Shown piece after piece: positions 13,161-26,134 of a stretch of 64,000 nt of DNA. Each line of letters starts with the position of its first letter. Within the stretch, counting starts at the first letter, position 1. Below the pieces are notes generated by a model. That model saw only the letters and a program-made list of their open reading frames with translations, did no database searches and was not told the DNA's origin. The DNA is from Octopus vulgaris (Eukaryota). Both the position numbers and the translations under genes were made by a program. The DNA is taken from the NCBI GenBank assembly GCA_951406725.2, contig OX597823.1, forward strand, positions 112,964,001 through 113,028,000, given 5' to 3'.

Positions 13161-13512
13161 TTTCTACACGAGATAGATGAATAAACAAGAAAACACCAAG
13201 TGTTGAAATCTGTGCATAAAGTACGAGTAAATACTGCAATGTATCTTCCCCGGCTTTCTGCAACTTATATTTTCCTCACTGCCTTGTAATTTTAACAACC
13301 GAACTGCATTCAAAATAACAATTATAAAACATAGAAGAAAACAGAGGGAAAATCACAAGAATTAACTGCTATATTATATTTATATTGATAGAACTCTAAA
13401 CTGAATAAAAAGAACGCTTATTTACAAAAAAATGGAATCTCACGAAATGTTTCTCTTAATTAGTATCGAACCCTAATGGCATTTTCTTTTTAAGGTATGA
13501 TTACATGCATAA

Positions 13513-13930
13513 GGCGGCGAGCTGACAGAATCATTTAGCACGCTGGGCGAAATGCGTAGCCGTATTACGTCTGCCGCTACGTTCTGAGTTCAAATTACAC
13601 CCAGGTCGACTTTACCTTTCATCCTTTCGGGGTCGATAAATTAAGTACCAGTTACGCACTGGTGTCGATGTAATCGACTTAATCCATTTGTCTGTCCTTG
13701 TTTGTCCTCTCTGTGTTTAGCCCCTTGTGGGTAGTAAAGAAATAGGCATTTCGTCTGCCGTTACGTTCTGATTTCAAATTCCGCCGAGATAGACTTTGCC
13801 TTTCATCCTTTCGGGGTCGATAAATTAAGTACCAGTTACGCACTGGGGTCGATGTAATCAACTTAATCCGTTTGTCTGTCCTTGTTTGTCCTCTCTGTGT
13901 TTAGCCCCTTGTGCGTAGTAAAGAAATAGG
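13513..13930 (+). mobile_element. SINE family A head-to-tail dimer
   Basis: A full monomer is followed by a second unit restarting at GCATTTCGTCTGCC (13746; period 184). One TSD, AGGTATGATTACATGCATAA, at 13493-13512 and 13928-13947. Confidence 0.9.
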
Positions 13931-14369
13931 TATGATTACATGCATAAATACAAATGACATAAAATGTAATTGATAATGTAAATGTTAACAAAGATAACCA
14001 TAAATGCGTTGAAGCGAGGAATATAAAATTCTTGTGATGAATCTAACTTCCGAAACATGCGCACTTATAATAAACAGAATATCCACAGGTTTCTTTAACA
14101 CATTGAAGGCGTGTGGATTTGTAGTTAATAATATTGGGCACACGTTCTTAAGGCTGTGGGAGTGATTCCTGCACTGTGTTAAACTTGAGTCCCTGCGCAT
14201 GAGCGAAATGCTTCAGTTTATGTTGTAGAAATTCGCTTAGTGGAAAAAGAGGAAGGAGCCTTGCATAATTAATCGTCTAAATACCTTAGAAAAATGTATA
14301 CACTCGGGCCTCACTAGCCCCTATGTTTGATGGCATTAGTATTAATTAGATACAGAAAATTTTGGCTGA

Positions 14370-14416
<47 letters not shown>

Positions 14417-14516
14417 CAATAATAATAAATGGTAAAATTAATTAAATTAATTAATTAATAATTAATAATTTTAACAAGTAGTTCGGTATGTTAAAAGAAC
14501 CATTATCGTTAAACTT

Positions 14517-14744
14517 ATATAAAAATTCTATAATTATGAGTATAATTATAATTTGGGTTCAGCAAAATTTGCTTCACCACATACCGAAATTTTAGAAATA
14601 GCAGTTAAAAACTACTATTTCACTACCATAAGAAAATCTCCTAGAGATTTTGTTATGGTTGTGAAATAGTAGTTTTTAACTGCTATAAGCAAATTTTGCT
14701 GAACCCTAATTATAATTATAATCATAATTATAGAATTTTTATAT
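14517..14744. repeat. long fold-back palindrome with a 23-nt bulge
   Basis: Outer arms 14517-14574 and 14687-14744, inner arms 14598-14640 and 14644-14686, 3-nt loop CTA. Lies near a (TA)n tract. Confidence 0.9.
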
Positions 14745-14965
14745 GTTATATATGTAGATGCATACACGTTACCACTCAATGACCATATATTGCATTGCAA
14801 TGTCGCTTACACAGATTATATTCCCCCCATCTATTCTTCATTCACTTCTAATGCTGACATTGGAATATATAGGCTGAAAGTCTACTTTTCTATGACTGGC
14901 AGTCAAATCTCACTCAAATCACAATTTAAACTTTAAGAAAAAAAACAGAAATATATTGGAAATGT

Positions 14966-15271
14966 GGAGGCGCAATGGCCTAGTGGTTAGGGCAGCGGGC
15001 TCGCGGTCGTAGGATCGCAGTTTCGATTCCTAGACCGGGCGTTGTGAGTGTTTATTGAGCAAAAACACCTAAAAGCTCCACGAAGCTCCAGCAGGGGGTG
15101 GTGACCCCTGCTGTACTCTTTCACCACAACTTTCTCTCACTCTTTCTTCTGTTGGCCTGTTCGCTTAGCCAGCGGGGTGGCGTCATTTGAAGGCTAAAAC
15201 AATGCAAGCGCATTGTGAGCAACGATGTGTAACTACATCTGATAGCCTGGTCGGTCACGGTGATCACGGTG
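14966..15271 (+). mobile_element. SINE family D
   Basis: GGAGGCGCAATGGCCTAGTGGTTAGG (A box), GTTTCGATTCC (B box), tail GGTCACGGTGATCACGGTG. TSD ATATTGGAAAT at 14953-14963 and 15272-15282. Confidence 0.9.
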
Positions 15272-15327
15272 ATATTGGAAATACTTTAGAGAAAAATTAT
15301 GACGGTAATCTGTACGATTCAGTTAGA

Positions 15328-15561
15328 GGCGGCGAGATGGCAGAAGCGTTAGCACGCCGGGCGATATGCTCAACGGTATTTCTCCCGTCTCTACGTTCTG
15401 AGTTCAAATTCCGCCGAGGTAGACTTTGCCTTTCATCCTTTCGGGGTCGATTAAATAAGTACCAGTTACGCACTGAGGTCGATATAATCGACTTAATCCG
15501 TTTGTCTGTCCTTGTTTGTCCTTTCTGTGTTTAGCCCCTTGTGGTTAGTAAAGAAATAGGC
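15328..15561 (+). mobile_element. SINE family A
   Basis: Full copy from GGCGGCGAG to AAAGAAATAGG. No clear TSD. Confidence 0.88.
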
Positions 15562-15759
15562 ATGCTCGTACAGTGTAATCCTGGGGCAAGATACCACACC
15601 CAGTAAGCAGAAGAAGAACAACAACAGCAACGTAATTCATTTATATTTTCTTTCTCGCATATTCTGTTTTCGCTTGAATTGCTTTATTTTATATTATTAT
15701 GTTTGTTCTCATAAACACCCCAAAACAAACAAACACATATTCTCCCTACCTCTCCCTAC

Positions 15760-15793
<34 letters not shown>

Positions 15794-16169
15794 GCCTTCA
15801 TTCAAATCCACATATATATTCCCTGTTCTTCTTGCTTTATATTACCGACCGATAACGAACGCGCTTCTACTTTCACTTTCAGCATTGTTATTCAAGGGGA
15901 ATAATATTATTTGGCTGCTATGTCCAGATAACTACTTAAGAAGGGCGGCGAATAACAAAATAAAACAGAAGTTGATAACTTCCACTTGCCTATTCTCACT
16001 GCTATATCAAATTATTTATGCAGGTATCGCTCTTAAGCTGACGTGCTGCTTTAAAGTAAAAAATCAAAAGATGTGATTAACTTAGATCTTCGGGCAAACC
16101 TAAGCTTAACAGATTCACTGAGGAGGCATTTTCTTATGCATAACAGAATTGCAATAGATGCAGAGAAGT

Positions 16170-17690
<1,521 letters not shown>

Positions 17691-18396
17691 CTTATATAAT
17701 CTTTACATAAATGGCAATTTCTGTCTCTCGATCTGTCTGATACCATCTTGCTACCTACATCAGTGAACCAGTGTTGACGAATCTTTGCATATATTTTAAG
17801 CTAATATCCAGTTCAATTATAGGCTAATTGGATTTCACTGAAATCTATAATGTGAGCGTATCAAATAATAGCCCACCCCTATTGGGGTTGGCTATTATTT
17901 TTTAAAATGGGAAGGGTGCAAAAGTGTTAGTATGATGGGAATGTGGTGTGGCATAGTGCGTGTGACTGATATCAGGGAAATGGAGAACAATATTCTGTAA
18001 GTGAAAAATATGGAGTGGCACAGTGGGATGATAACATTAATAGAGCTGCCATTCAGGGATATATACGCGATGCTGCATACATACTTTCGTAACTACATAG
18101 ATACATGCAGACACACACACTGCAACCACAAACACACACATGCACATAGACATAAGTAACTTTTAAAACACCAAGGGAGGGAAAGAAAGGTGGATGTGAG
18201 GAATAATACGTAGCTTTAAAGAGAGAGGGGTAGGCAGCTTTTCAGCTGTCCATCGCAAACACTCACAGGTAGACACACACATATCTATATATATATTTAC
18301 ATACATACGTACCCACATACATACATGCATACGTACATATGTCAACCATACGCTATTTTAAACTCGTGATTACCAGTTTGTATGTTTGCAGATGTA

Positions 18397-18534
<138 letters not shown>

Positions 18535-19049
18535 TCATATAACTGTCTGTCTGTCTACTTTTGTAGGGTCTTCGCTGTTGCTGTCTCATATTGTAAAATT
18601 TTAAAATTGCGTCAAACTTTTCAAATTTGCTGCATTGAAATAATTTCCCGCGTCAAATCGGAATTTGTCATTTATTTGTTTCAGAAAAGTTGCAGAAACA
18701 TGTTACTGAGGTTAAAATTTAATCAATCTTACCTATCACAAAATGAAAGCGAAATCATTACAAGGAAGTTTTATTAAACAAACGAAAGCAAAGAATTACG
18801 ACGATCAAAGTTGTAAGAACGTCTGAAGTTTTAATAAGTTTTAATGAATAAAGTCACGTGAAAGTGCTGAACTGACATGTAAATAATTTAAAGGGGAAAA
18901 AATCCTTGAGGTAAATATTTTGTGAAAAAAATCAGGACACAAATCTGTCCTGATCAAGACGAAGGCACAGTCTGACACGGAATAAACAAAAATTTGTAGA
19001 AGTCGGTCGATTGTAAAAACTTCCCGGCAACGAAGGGCTATTCAGCTAG
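18535..19049 (+). mobile_element. Helitron-like non-autonomous element (diverged)
   Basis: 3' end CCCGGCAACGAAGGGCTATTCAGCTAG (hairpin remnant, CTAG at 19046-19049). The 5' TCATATAACTGTCTGTCTGTC resembles the starts of the other Helitrons here, but the 5' boundary is uncertain. Confidence 0.5.
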
Positions 19050-19064
19050 CATATATATATATAT

Positions 19065-19570
19065 ATAGCAGTATCGCCCGGCGTTGCTCGGGTTTGTATA
19101 ACTATATAAGCATTTTTAGAGAGTTACTTCCCTTATAGATGCCAATTCGGGCTTTCTTAGCCATTTCTGTTTTGGTGTCTTCAAGCCATGAAGTCGTTGT
19201 TCTAAAAGAACGCTGGTCTCCTTGACAACGCATTACGACGTTGATTTCCTTACACTCCCTTCCCCACAGCTTCACGAGGGAGGGAAGAAATGGGAGAAGC
19301 AAACAGGTGCAGGTGTGACCATGGACGCCAACTCAGCCGCCATCGACACATGAAAATTTATGCATTAAAATGGAATAAAAAATGATGTTAAATTATTTTT
19401 AAAATTGTAGACTCATCGTAGACGCGCGCTAATAGCCAGACGGGCTCGATATTAATCACGACTATAAGATACCCGAATTTGGTTAAACTGCACCGCAAAA
19501 TGTGGGAGGAGTTAGGAATCTAAATCGTAGGAGACAGACACTCACACAACTACAGTTTTATATATATAGA
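19065..19570 (-). mobile_element. non-autonomous Helitron, near-identical to 26958-27474
   Basis: Reverse complement of 26958-27474; the same spurious ORF ...TTTSWLEDTKTEMAKKARIGIYKGSNSLKMLI appears in both. Confidence 0.85.
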
Positions 19571-19787
19571 TATAACTTCATATATATTCATACACGAATT
19601 AATAATCTGTCTACAAATCCCTTTTTCTCCCTCCCTCTTTCTTCTCTCTCTTTATCTCTCGCTCTCTCTAACATCCATCCATACATACATACATACATAT
19701 AAATAAACACATTCATGGCGGTATGTTGGAAGAAGTTTCAGTGTCGCATAAATTACTGTGCGCTAATTGTTCCGAATAATGCATATA

Positions 19788-20224
19788 CGTGGTCGACCAA
19801 AATGATGTGACACATTTGGAGGCATAATAAAAGCACAAAATAAGAAATAATAAAAAGAAAAATTTATTTTCTGAATGCATATATGGTGAAATGTGGAATG
19901 GTGAAATATGATTTCTTCTTGAGGGGATATTCAAAGTATTCAGTCATCGCCCTCGATCTATTGAAGAATTAAAATGTGCAATTTGTGTAGAAATAGCAAG
20001 CATTCCAGAAGAAATTATCCAAAGAGTTATCGATAACTTTGATGAACGTCTCCAATAGTGTGTTGACAATGATGGGAAGCATTTAGCTGATTTAATTTTT
20101 AAAACTTAATGAAATAAAATGGCAATATATGTACATTCAGAAAATAAATTTTTTCTTTTCATTATTTCTTATTTTGTGCTTTTATTAAGCCTCCAAATGT
20201 GTCAGATCATTTTGGTCCTCCCTG
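19788..20224 (+). mobile_element. Tc1/mariner deletion derivative (DD41D/rosa-like) with about 95-bp TIRs
   Basis: TIRs at 19788-19884 and 20126-20224, flanked by TA. The interior reads DFFLRGY/KVFSHRPRSIEELKCAICVEIASIPEEIIQRVIDNFDERLQ*CVDNDGKHLADLIFKT* (19910-20109). Confidence 0.85.
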
Positions 20225-20789
20225 TATAAGCCATGAATATAACTTATAGATTTCTAAATTATGCATTGGCTCTCATCTCAAGCCGCAGCAAGATCAAGCT
20301 GTTTGCAGATTGTACAATATGCTTAACTTGAAACAAGATATAACCTGGCGAGAAAAATGATCTGCTTTATGGTGGTTTAGTGTATGTTTTGTTCAAATTG
20401 AAACAACCACGCAAAACATGATGTATAGAAGGTTTCATATACACACAAATTATGTTTTTGAGATATTTACGATATGAGAAATAACTGTTTTCTGTTACTT
20501 GAAGTTAGTTCCATGTGAACGACTAAATATTCATTTTGTTCCATCTAATTAAGAAAATATAGAACTAGAAATGTGTAATTATGTGCAATTATATAATCAT
20601 AATTATTATTTCATAAACAGAGGAATTTAAAAGTCTCTTAATTATCCAACATATTCTCGGATTTTGGTAATCAGCAGCAAATATTGTGCATATGTGGAGA
20701 AAGCTATTTCATAGTAGTTAATTTCAGTATTATTGCGTCACAGAATACAAGGTTTGTTTTAGATTCATTTATTATCCATTCCTAATAAT

Positions 20790-20994
20790 GGTTTCAAATT
20801 CTGGCACAAGGTCAGCAATTTTGGGAGGGAGTTAAGTCGATTACATCATCCCCAGTGCTCAACTGGTACTTATTATATGGGCCTCGAAAGGATGAAAGGC
20901 TAAGTCGACCTCGGTGGAATTTGAACTTAGAAGCTAAAAAATGGACGAAATGCCGTTAAGCGGCGTGCCAAAGATTCTGGCAGCCCGTTCCCAA
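20790..20994 (-). mobile_element. SINE family A' (type-2 tail)
   Basis: TSD ATCCATTCCTAATAAT at 20774-20789 and 20995-21010. Confidence 0.85.
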
Positions 20995-21703
20995 ATCCAT
21001 TCCTAATAATCTCTGTCCAAGCTCTTCTCTTATCTGTTGCTAAGCTTTGTTGTGTATCCACCCATATAAAGGAGATATTGTGAGTGAGAATTATCAACAA
21101 TAACAACTAGTCGAATACAAGTGAGACAGTGGATTGACGAAGTCGTTAGAATGTTAAATTGAATGCCCCGTGGTGCTTGTTGTAGCCCCCTCTGATGGGC
21201 TCATATCCTGTCGCGATCAACTTTGCATGTATGCTTTCGGGATCGATAAACAGAAACAATCAAAGGAACAGTATGAATCTGGGACTAAATAATTTGTGGC
21301 ATTTGTTTTTGATCTTTAGAATATGAGTTCAAATCCTATCATTCAAGTGGTAGACTTGAAATGTGACCCGGTTTAACACCACCATTTGATATCTTGAATA
21401 ACTTCAATGGCTTGTACTCTGTTTCAAGGATTAGGATTAGGTTTCTCATTTGAGGATTCTGTACTCTCTCACTCCCACTAATCCAGGAGGCCTGGTAAGG
21501 AGTCATATACAATATCTTCTCTCCTCATTAAAAGTTTAAATGCGTTAACTTCCCATAATCTTAATCATTATTTTCTTTAAAATTCATTAATTTTATAACT
21601 GGCAATTGTCACCCATAACCAGGTTAGAGCGTTCTCTATTGGGCTGATGAAAACATTTTGAACTGTTTAGTTCTGTTTAGTACAAGATACAAAAAAATTA
21701 AGG

Positions 21704-21895
21704 GATTTGATAGAGAAAGAGCTGTTGTATAATTTCCACATTTACCAGGTCTGAGGCCACTAAACTTTTTTATAGTGATACTTCAGAGATAAATGCCAAG
21801 ATATAAAACGAGCAACAGTCGACGAATGAAGAACAGTTATGGAATGTGAACGTGTACGAATATCAGACGAAATGATTTTTTACCATTGTTTTTAC
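21704..21895 (+). repeat. diverged direct repeat of 23838-24019
   Basis: Shared blocks GATTTGAT, TGTTGTATAA, GTGATACTT.AGAGATAAATGC, GCAACAGTCGACGAA and CGAAATG.TTTTT. Confidence 0.75.
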
Positions 21896-22312
21896 GATTC
21901 CATTACTGGACCAGAACGGAAATTTATTAGAATGTGTAAAAGGCTTTTCACTGTAGTTTGTTATGGACACAAGACTGTCAAAACATCACTTACATTCCAG
22001 AGGCTGATGAAAGCATTTCGAACTTTTTAGTTCTCTTTAGCACGAGATACCAAAGAATGGCAACTCTGACTTGATTATGAAGCTCGACTTCCTTCATAAG
22101 AAATTAGTCAATATTGTTAATTAACAGAGTATATCGGCGAATAGGGTGGAACAAACACGTGAGAAGTTGTGTGAGGCAATAAGTGAAAGCAAACAACATT
22201 GAAACCAGTCCAAATATGCTTGAGAGATATATGAACCAGCAAAAGAGCGTTGAGAAAGTGTTCTCCATCAGACACTCATTTACCTTCAATAGATGCCTCT
22301 TCATATTTCAAG

Positions 22313-22320
22313 GTATGTAC

Positions 22321-22351
<31 letters not shown>

Positions 22352-22477
22352 CGTATGTACGTATGTATGCTTGTATGTATGTTTGTATGCATGTATGTAC
22401 ATATGTATGTATGTATGTTTGAATGTATGTATGTACATATGTATTTATGTATGTATGTATGTATGTATGTATCTATC

Positions 22478-22544
<67 letters not shown>

Positions 22545-22570
22545 ATATCTGTCTGTCTGTGTGTGTTTGT
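22313..22570 (+). repeat. (TATG)n/(TATC)n microsatellite
   Basis: Direct reading of the sequence. Confidence 0.96.
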
Positions 22571-22602
22571 GTATTGTATAAAGGATCGTGGGTGATGCCA
22601 AA

Positions 22603-22792
22603 ACAATGCGAAGTAAATACGAGGTAAATCACAAGAAAACAAATATGTGAATTAATGTAGACTTAATTTGTATTCAATATTTAGGGGTTATGACCCCATT
22701 TTCAAACACCGAAATATTGAATACAAGGTAAGTCTACGTTAATTAACATATTTTGTTTTCTTGTGATTTACCTCGTATTTACTTCGCATTGT
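22603..22792. repeat. about 190-bp imperfect palindrome
   Basis: ACAATGCGAAGTAAATACGAGGTAAATCACAAGAAAACAAA... pairs with ...TTTGTTTTCTTGTGATTTACCTCGTATTTACTTCGCATTGT, with a short central spacer. Confidence 0.92.
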
Positions 22793-22878
22793 AAATACCT
22801 ATTTTGCAGGAAAAACTGTTGGCGGCCGGCATACATACATACATATGTATTTATATATATATATTTATATATAACATA

Positions 22879-23265
22879 ATCAGCCATCTGAATGTGGCTA
22901 GGGACAGGGCAGGGCGGTGGGGGTGTTACTGATGCATTTAGCCCCAGGCGATCATCAACGTCACCAGGAGGGCTGACACCATCTCGGTGTCCTCTAGCCT
23001 GCAAAGGGAGATCATTCCCCGAAGAAGCGGATGCTACATACGGACCAGGTTTCAAGGTATTTGCCTATTATCAACGCATGGTAAGGACCGCTCTCCGACG
23101 AATAACTCTCTGTCCGCTTCTTCGGGGAATGATCTCCCTTTGCAGGCTAGAGGACACCGAGATGGTGTCAGCCCTCCTGGTGACGTTGATGATCGCCTGG
23201 GGCTAAATGCATCAGTAACACCCCCACCGCCCTGCCCTGTCCCTAGCCACATTCAGATGGCTGAT
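22879..23265. mobile_element. GC-rich fold-back element with 153-bp inverted arms and an 81-nt spacer, inserted in (TA)n
   Basis: Arms at 22879-23031 and 23113-23265 read as exact reverse complements; the ORF track shows identical peptides on opposite strands. Confidence 0.9.
23037..23080 (-). ncRNA. degenerate type-I hammerhead ribozyme motif
   Basis: Minus strand: CATGCG-TTGATAA-TAGG CAAATA CCTT-GAAAC-CTG-GTC-CGTATG. Stem I has 6 bp; the core differs from CUGAUGA at two positions. Confidence 0.5.
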
Positions 23266-23318
23266 GCCCCTTATGTTATAGAGCAGTTACTGTTTATATC
23301 TCGTTTAGAGATTTATTA

Positions 23319-23356
<38 letters not shown>

Positions 23357-23450
23357 TATGTTTGTATATATATTATATATATGCATATATATATGTATAT
23401 ATATATACATATATACATATATATATATGTATATATACATATATACATTA

Positions 23451-23510
<60 letters not shown>

Positions 23511-23837
23511 GAGGGTGTTCTAGAGCAAAATGTATATGCAATTTAAGAGATGACGACTTCATTGTCATTTCGTTTTAGATTTAACCCATTAAGAACAATG
23601 AAAAGAGAAAGACGAAGCTTTGAGAAGACGAATTTTAACCCAAAGAGCTACCGGAAGTTCCAAAATTCAGATGAAGTACGAATAAAATTAAAGAGGGTGT
23701 TTCAAACGGGTACATCTACGCAATTTACCATCATTTGAATGAGAGAATTATGAAGCAGACAGCACTATTCAGAATGTCTACACAAGATGTTCCTGAAGAC
23801 CGCGGATATCGATGAGCCCCAGAAGCGATAGACAAGT

Positions 23838-24019
23838 GATTTGATCGAAAAAGCTATGTTGTATAACTTCCTCGTTTACCAGACCGGGGACCACAAAGCC
23901 CTTTTATGGTGATACTTAAGAGATAAATGCTACGATACAAAACAAGCAACAGTCGACGAACGAAGGGCAGCTATGGAATAAGAATATCACACGAAATGTT
24001 TTTTAAACATTATTTTTAC
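23838..24019 (+). repeat. diverged direct repeat of 21704-21895
   Basis: See the 21704-21895 entry. Confidence 0.75.
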
Positions 24020-25913
24020 CTTTCCAGAACGGGCATTAATTTGAAACCAGGCGTTCATAAGAAGATAATTAAATTTCGTGTGTAGATTCGATTCGATTAT
24101 GAAAATTCAATCTATTGCAGTAAACACTGACTTTATAATGATTCAATGTATGTATACCTTATTTGGTGTCTCCCTGCACAAACACACACACACACACACT
24201 AATATTATCTGGCACTTATATATACATATATACAAGCACAAACACACACACACACACAAACATTATCTGGTACTTTCATTGGGAAGCTATTAGTAATGGT
24301 ATTTTACATTAATGACGAAAGATTGCAATAGTTGTTGGTTCAATAAAGGTTAACTATTCTTCTTGACCTTCTAGGTCTACCAAAATGCCGAAACTCAACA
24401 GTATGTGGTATAATCCTTAGCAGAAATTTTGGTAATGGAATCACAATATTATTTATTTAGAGTCTAATAGTATTCAATCGTAAATTGGATTTTGTTTTGG
24501 TTTGGTTAGGTTAATATTGTGTCATCCCATCGGATTTCTGTTGTCATTAACGTTAAAACAAATATTGGCTGATTCTGACACCGGTTCCCCTAAAGAATAT
24601 TGCGTTTGAATAAATGAGAATAGCTTGTTCGTACAGGGTAATAGTAAATGTGAGAGAATGCCAAATATGGCATAAGATATTTTGCACTGATTATCATAGA
24701 ATGCGTGCAACTATATTAACGGGGCTCAGACGTTCGCTTTGCAATTATATTATTTCGCTGGCGATGGCAGAGCATCGCTTAGTGAGCGAGTGTCGTGTCT
24801 TGAATGTTGCTAACCTTCGGTCAACCAAGGTTTACTGAGAAAAATTTGGTACGGGGACACTGTACTACCTCAATGCAGTGGAATGAAATTGAACTACAAG
24901 GTTAATGAAATTACATAGAAACAAATACAACAAATACAAAACGAATGTTGATTCCGTGAAATTTCTTTAAAAGAGAAGGTAAAATAGGAGATAAAAGAAA
25001 CGTTTAGTGGCAATTGTATCCGACTCCAGATGATAAGGTGATAATTTCAGTGATCAAGAATTTCCCGGAAATGACATGCCATTAAGAGAAAAGAGTAGTT
25101 GTTTTTTTTTTTGTCATGGAAATAAGAGGACGAAAAGAGACCCTCGATTTTGATAAATTATGTTTCATTTGCACGGTAGTTGTTTTACTATTGGTCAAAT
25201 TTAATTTACACAAATTAAACAAAAAATCTACTAAGCGAAAAATCATTAAGTGTCACTCACCTATACATATATGCCACCTATACATACATACATACATACA
25301 TACATACATACATACATACATACATGCACTCGCATGCAAACACATACGCACACATATACACAGGCACCACATATAATGATGTCTGTTCACACCTAACCGA
25401 GGAAAGGCATCATTGACCATTGCCTATGCAAAACGCTAGTAGTGCTCATACATGAGGTTATTGCACCAGCATTCGGCTTCCCTTGCATTCGCATCTGCGT
25501 CTTCTATGCTGGCCCCGCCGCCCTCTTACTCAACCGAATATCGGTCAGTCATCTCACACAGTCTAGAATTTTAGGTCCAATAATGCTTTCATAGAACCTC
25601 ACATACCCTCTCCATTCTAGTGACATGATACACAATGAAAGATACCCAGTGTCAATGTGGGTTGCAAGCTCAGTAATGTGGGTCACAATGATCGGAAGCG
25701 CAAACAAAAATCCCCAAAATGTCCAGTACCGTTCCTTGGATTTATATGAGAAACATGTTCTCCTAGAAACATGTTTAACAAGGACTAAGGGGTGCCTTAC
25801 TCACAGTGGTCTTCCAGCACGGCATAAGCCAACTCGGAATTTCTGAGGGCCCGTGCTAGATAATCATTGGACCTGTACTAAGTTCATCTGTTCTTTTGAC
25901 AGGTTTTGTATTT

Positions 25914-26134
25914 GGCGGCGAGCTGCCAGAAACGTTAGCACGCCGGGCGAAATGCGTAGCTGTATTTCGTCTGCCGTTACGTTCTGAGTTCAAAACCCGC
26001 CGAGGTTGACTTTGTCATCCTTTCGGGGTCGGTAAATTAAGTACCAGTTACGCACTGGGGTCGATGTAATCGACTTAGTCCGTTTGTCTGTCCTTGTTTG
26101 TCTTATCTGTGTTTAGCCTCTTGTGGGTAGTAAT
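25914..26134 (+). mobile_element. SINE family A
   Basis: TSD AGGTTTTGTATTTGG at 25901-25915 and 26135-26149. Confidence 0.9.

Noticed and set aside
14966-15040. tRNA-like sequences at SINE 5' ends (also 12585, 36990, 41729, 57957)
   Set aside because: They continue into SINE bodies, often with TSDs, and lack a clean cloverleaf and terminator, so they are not called tRNA genes.
21640-22030. CTGATGA matches near 21644 and 22004 (also 26213, 29601, 32944)
   Set aside because: None has a correctly placed stem II, GAAA and NUH with a complementary stem I.
22892-23252. Mirror-image ORFs MWLGTGQGGGGV... on both strands
   Set aside because: They follow directly from the 153-bp inverted repeat and resemble no protein family I recognise.
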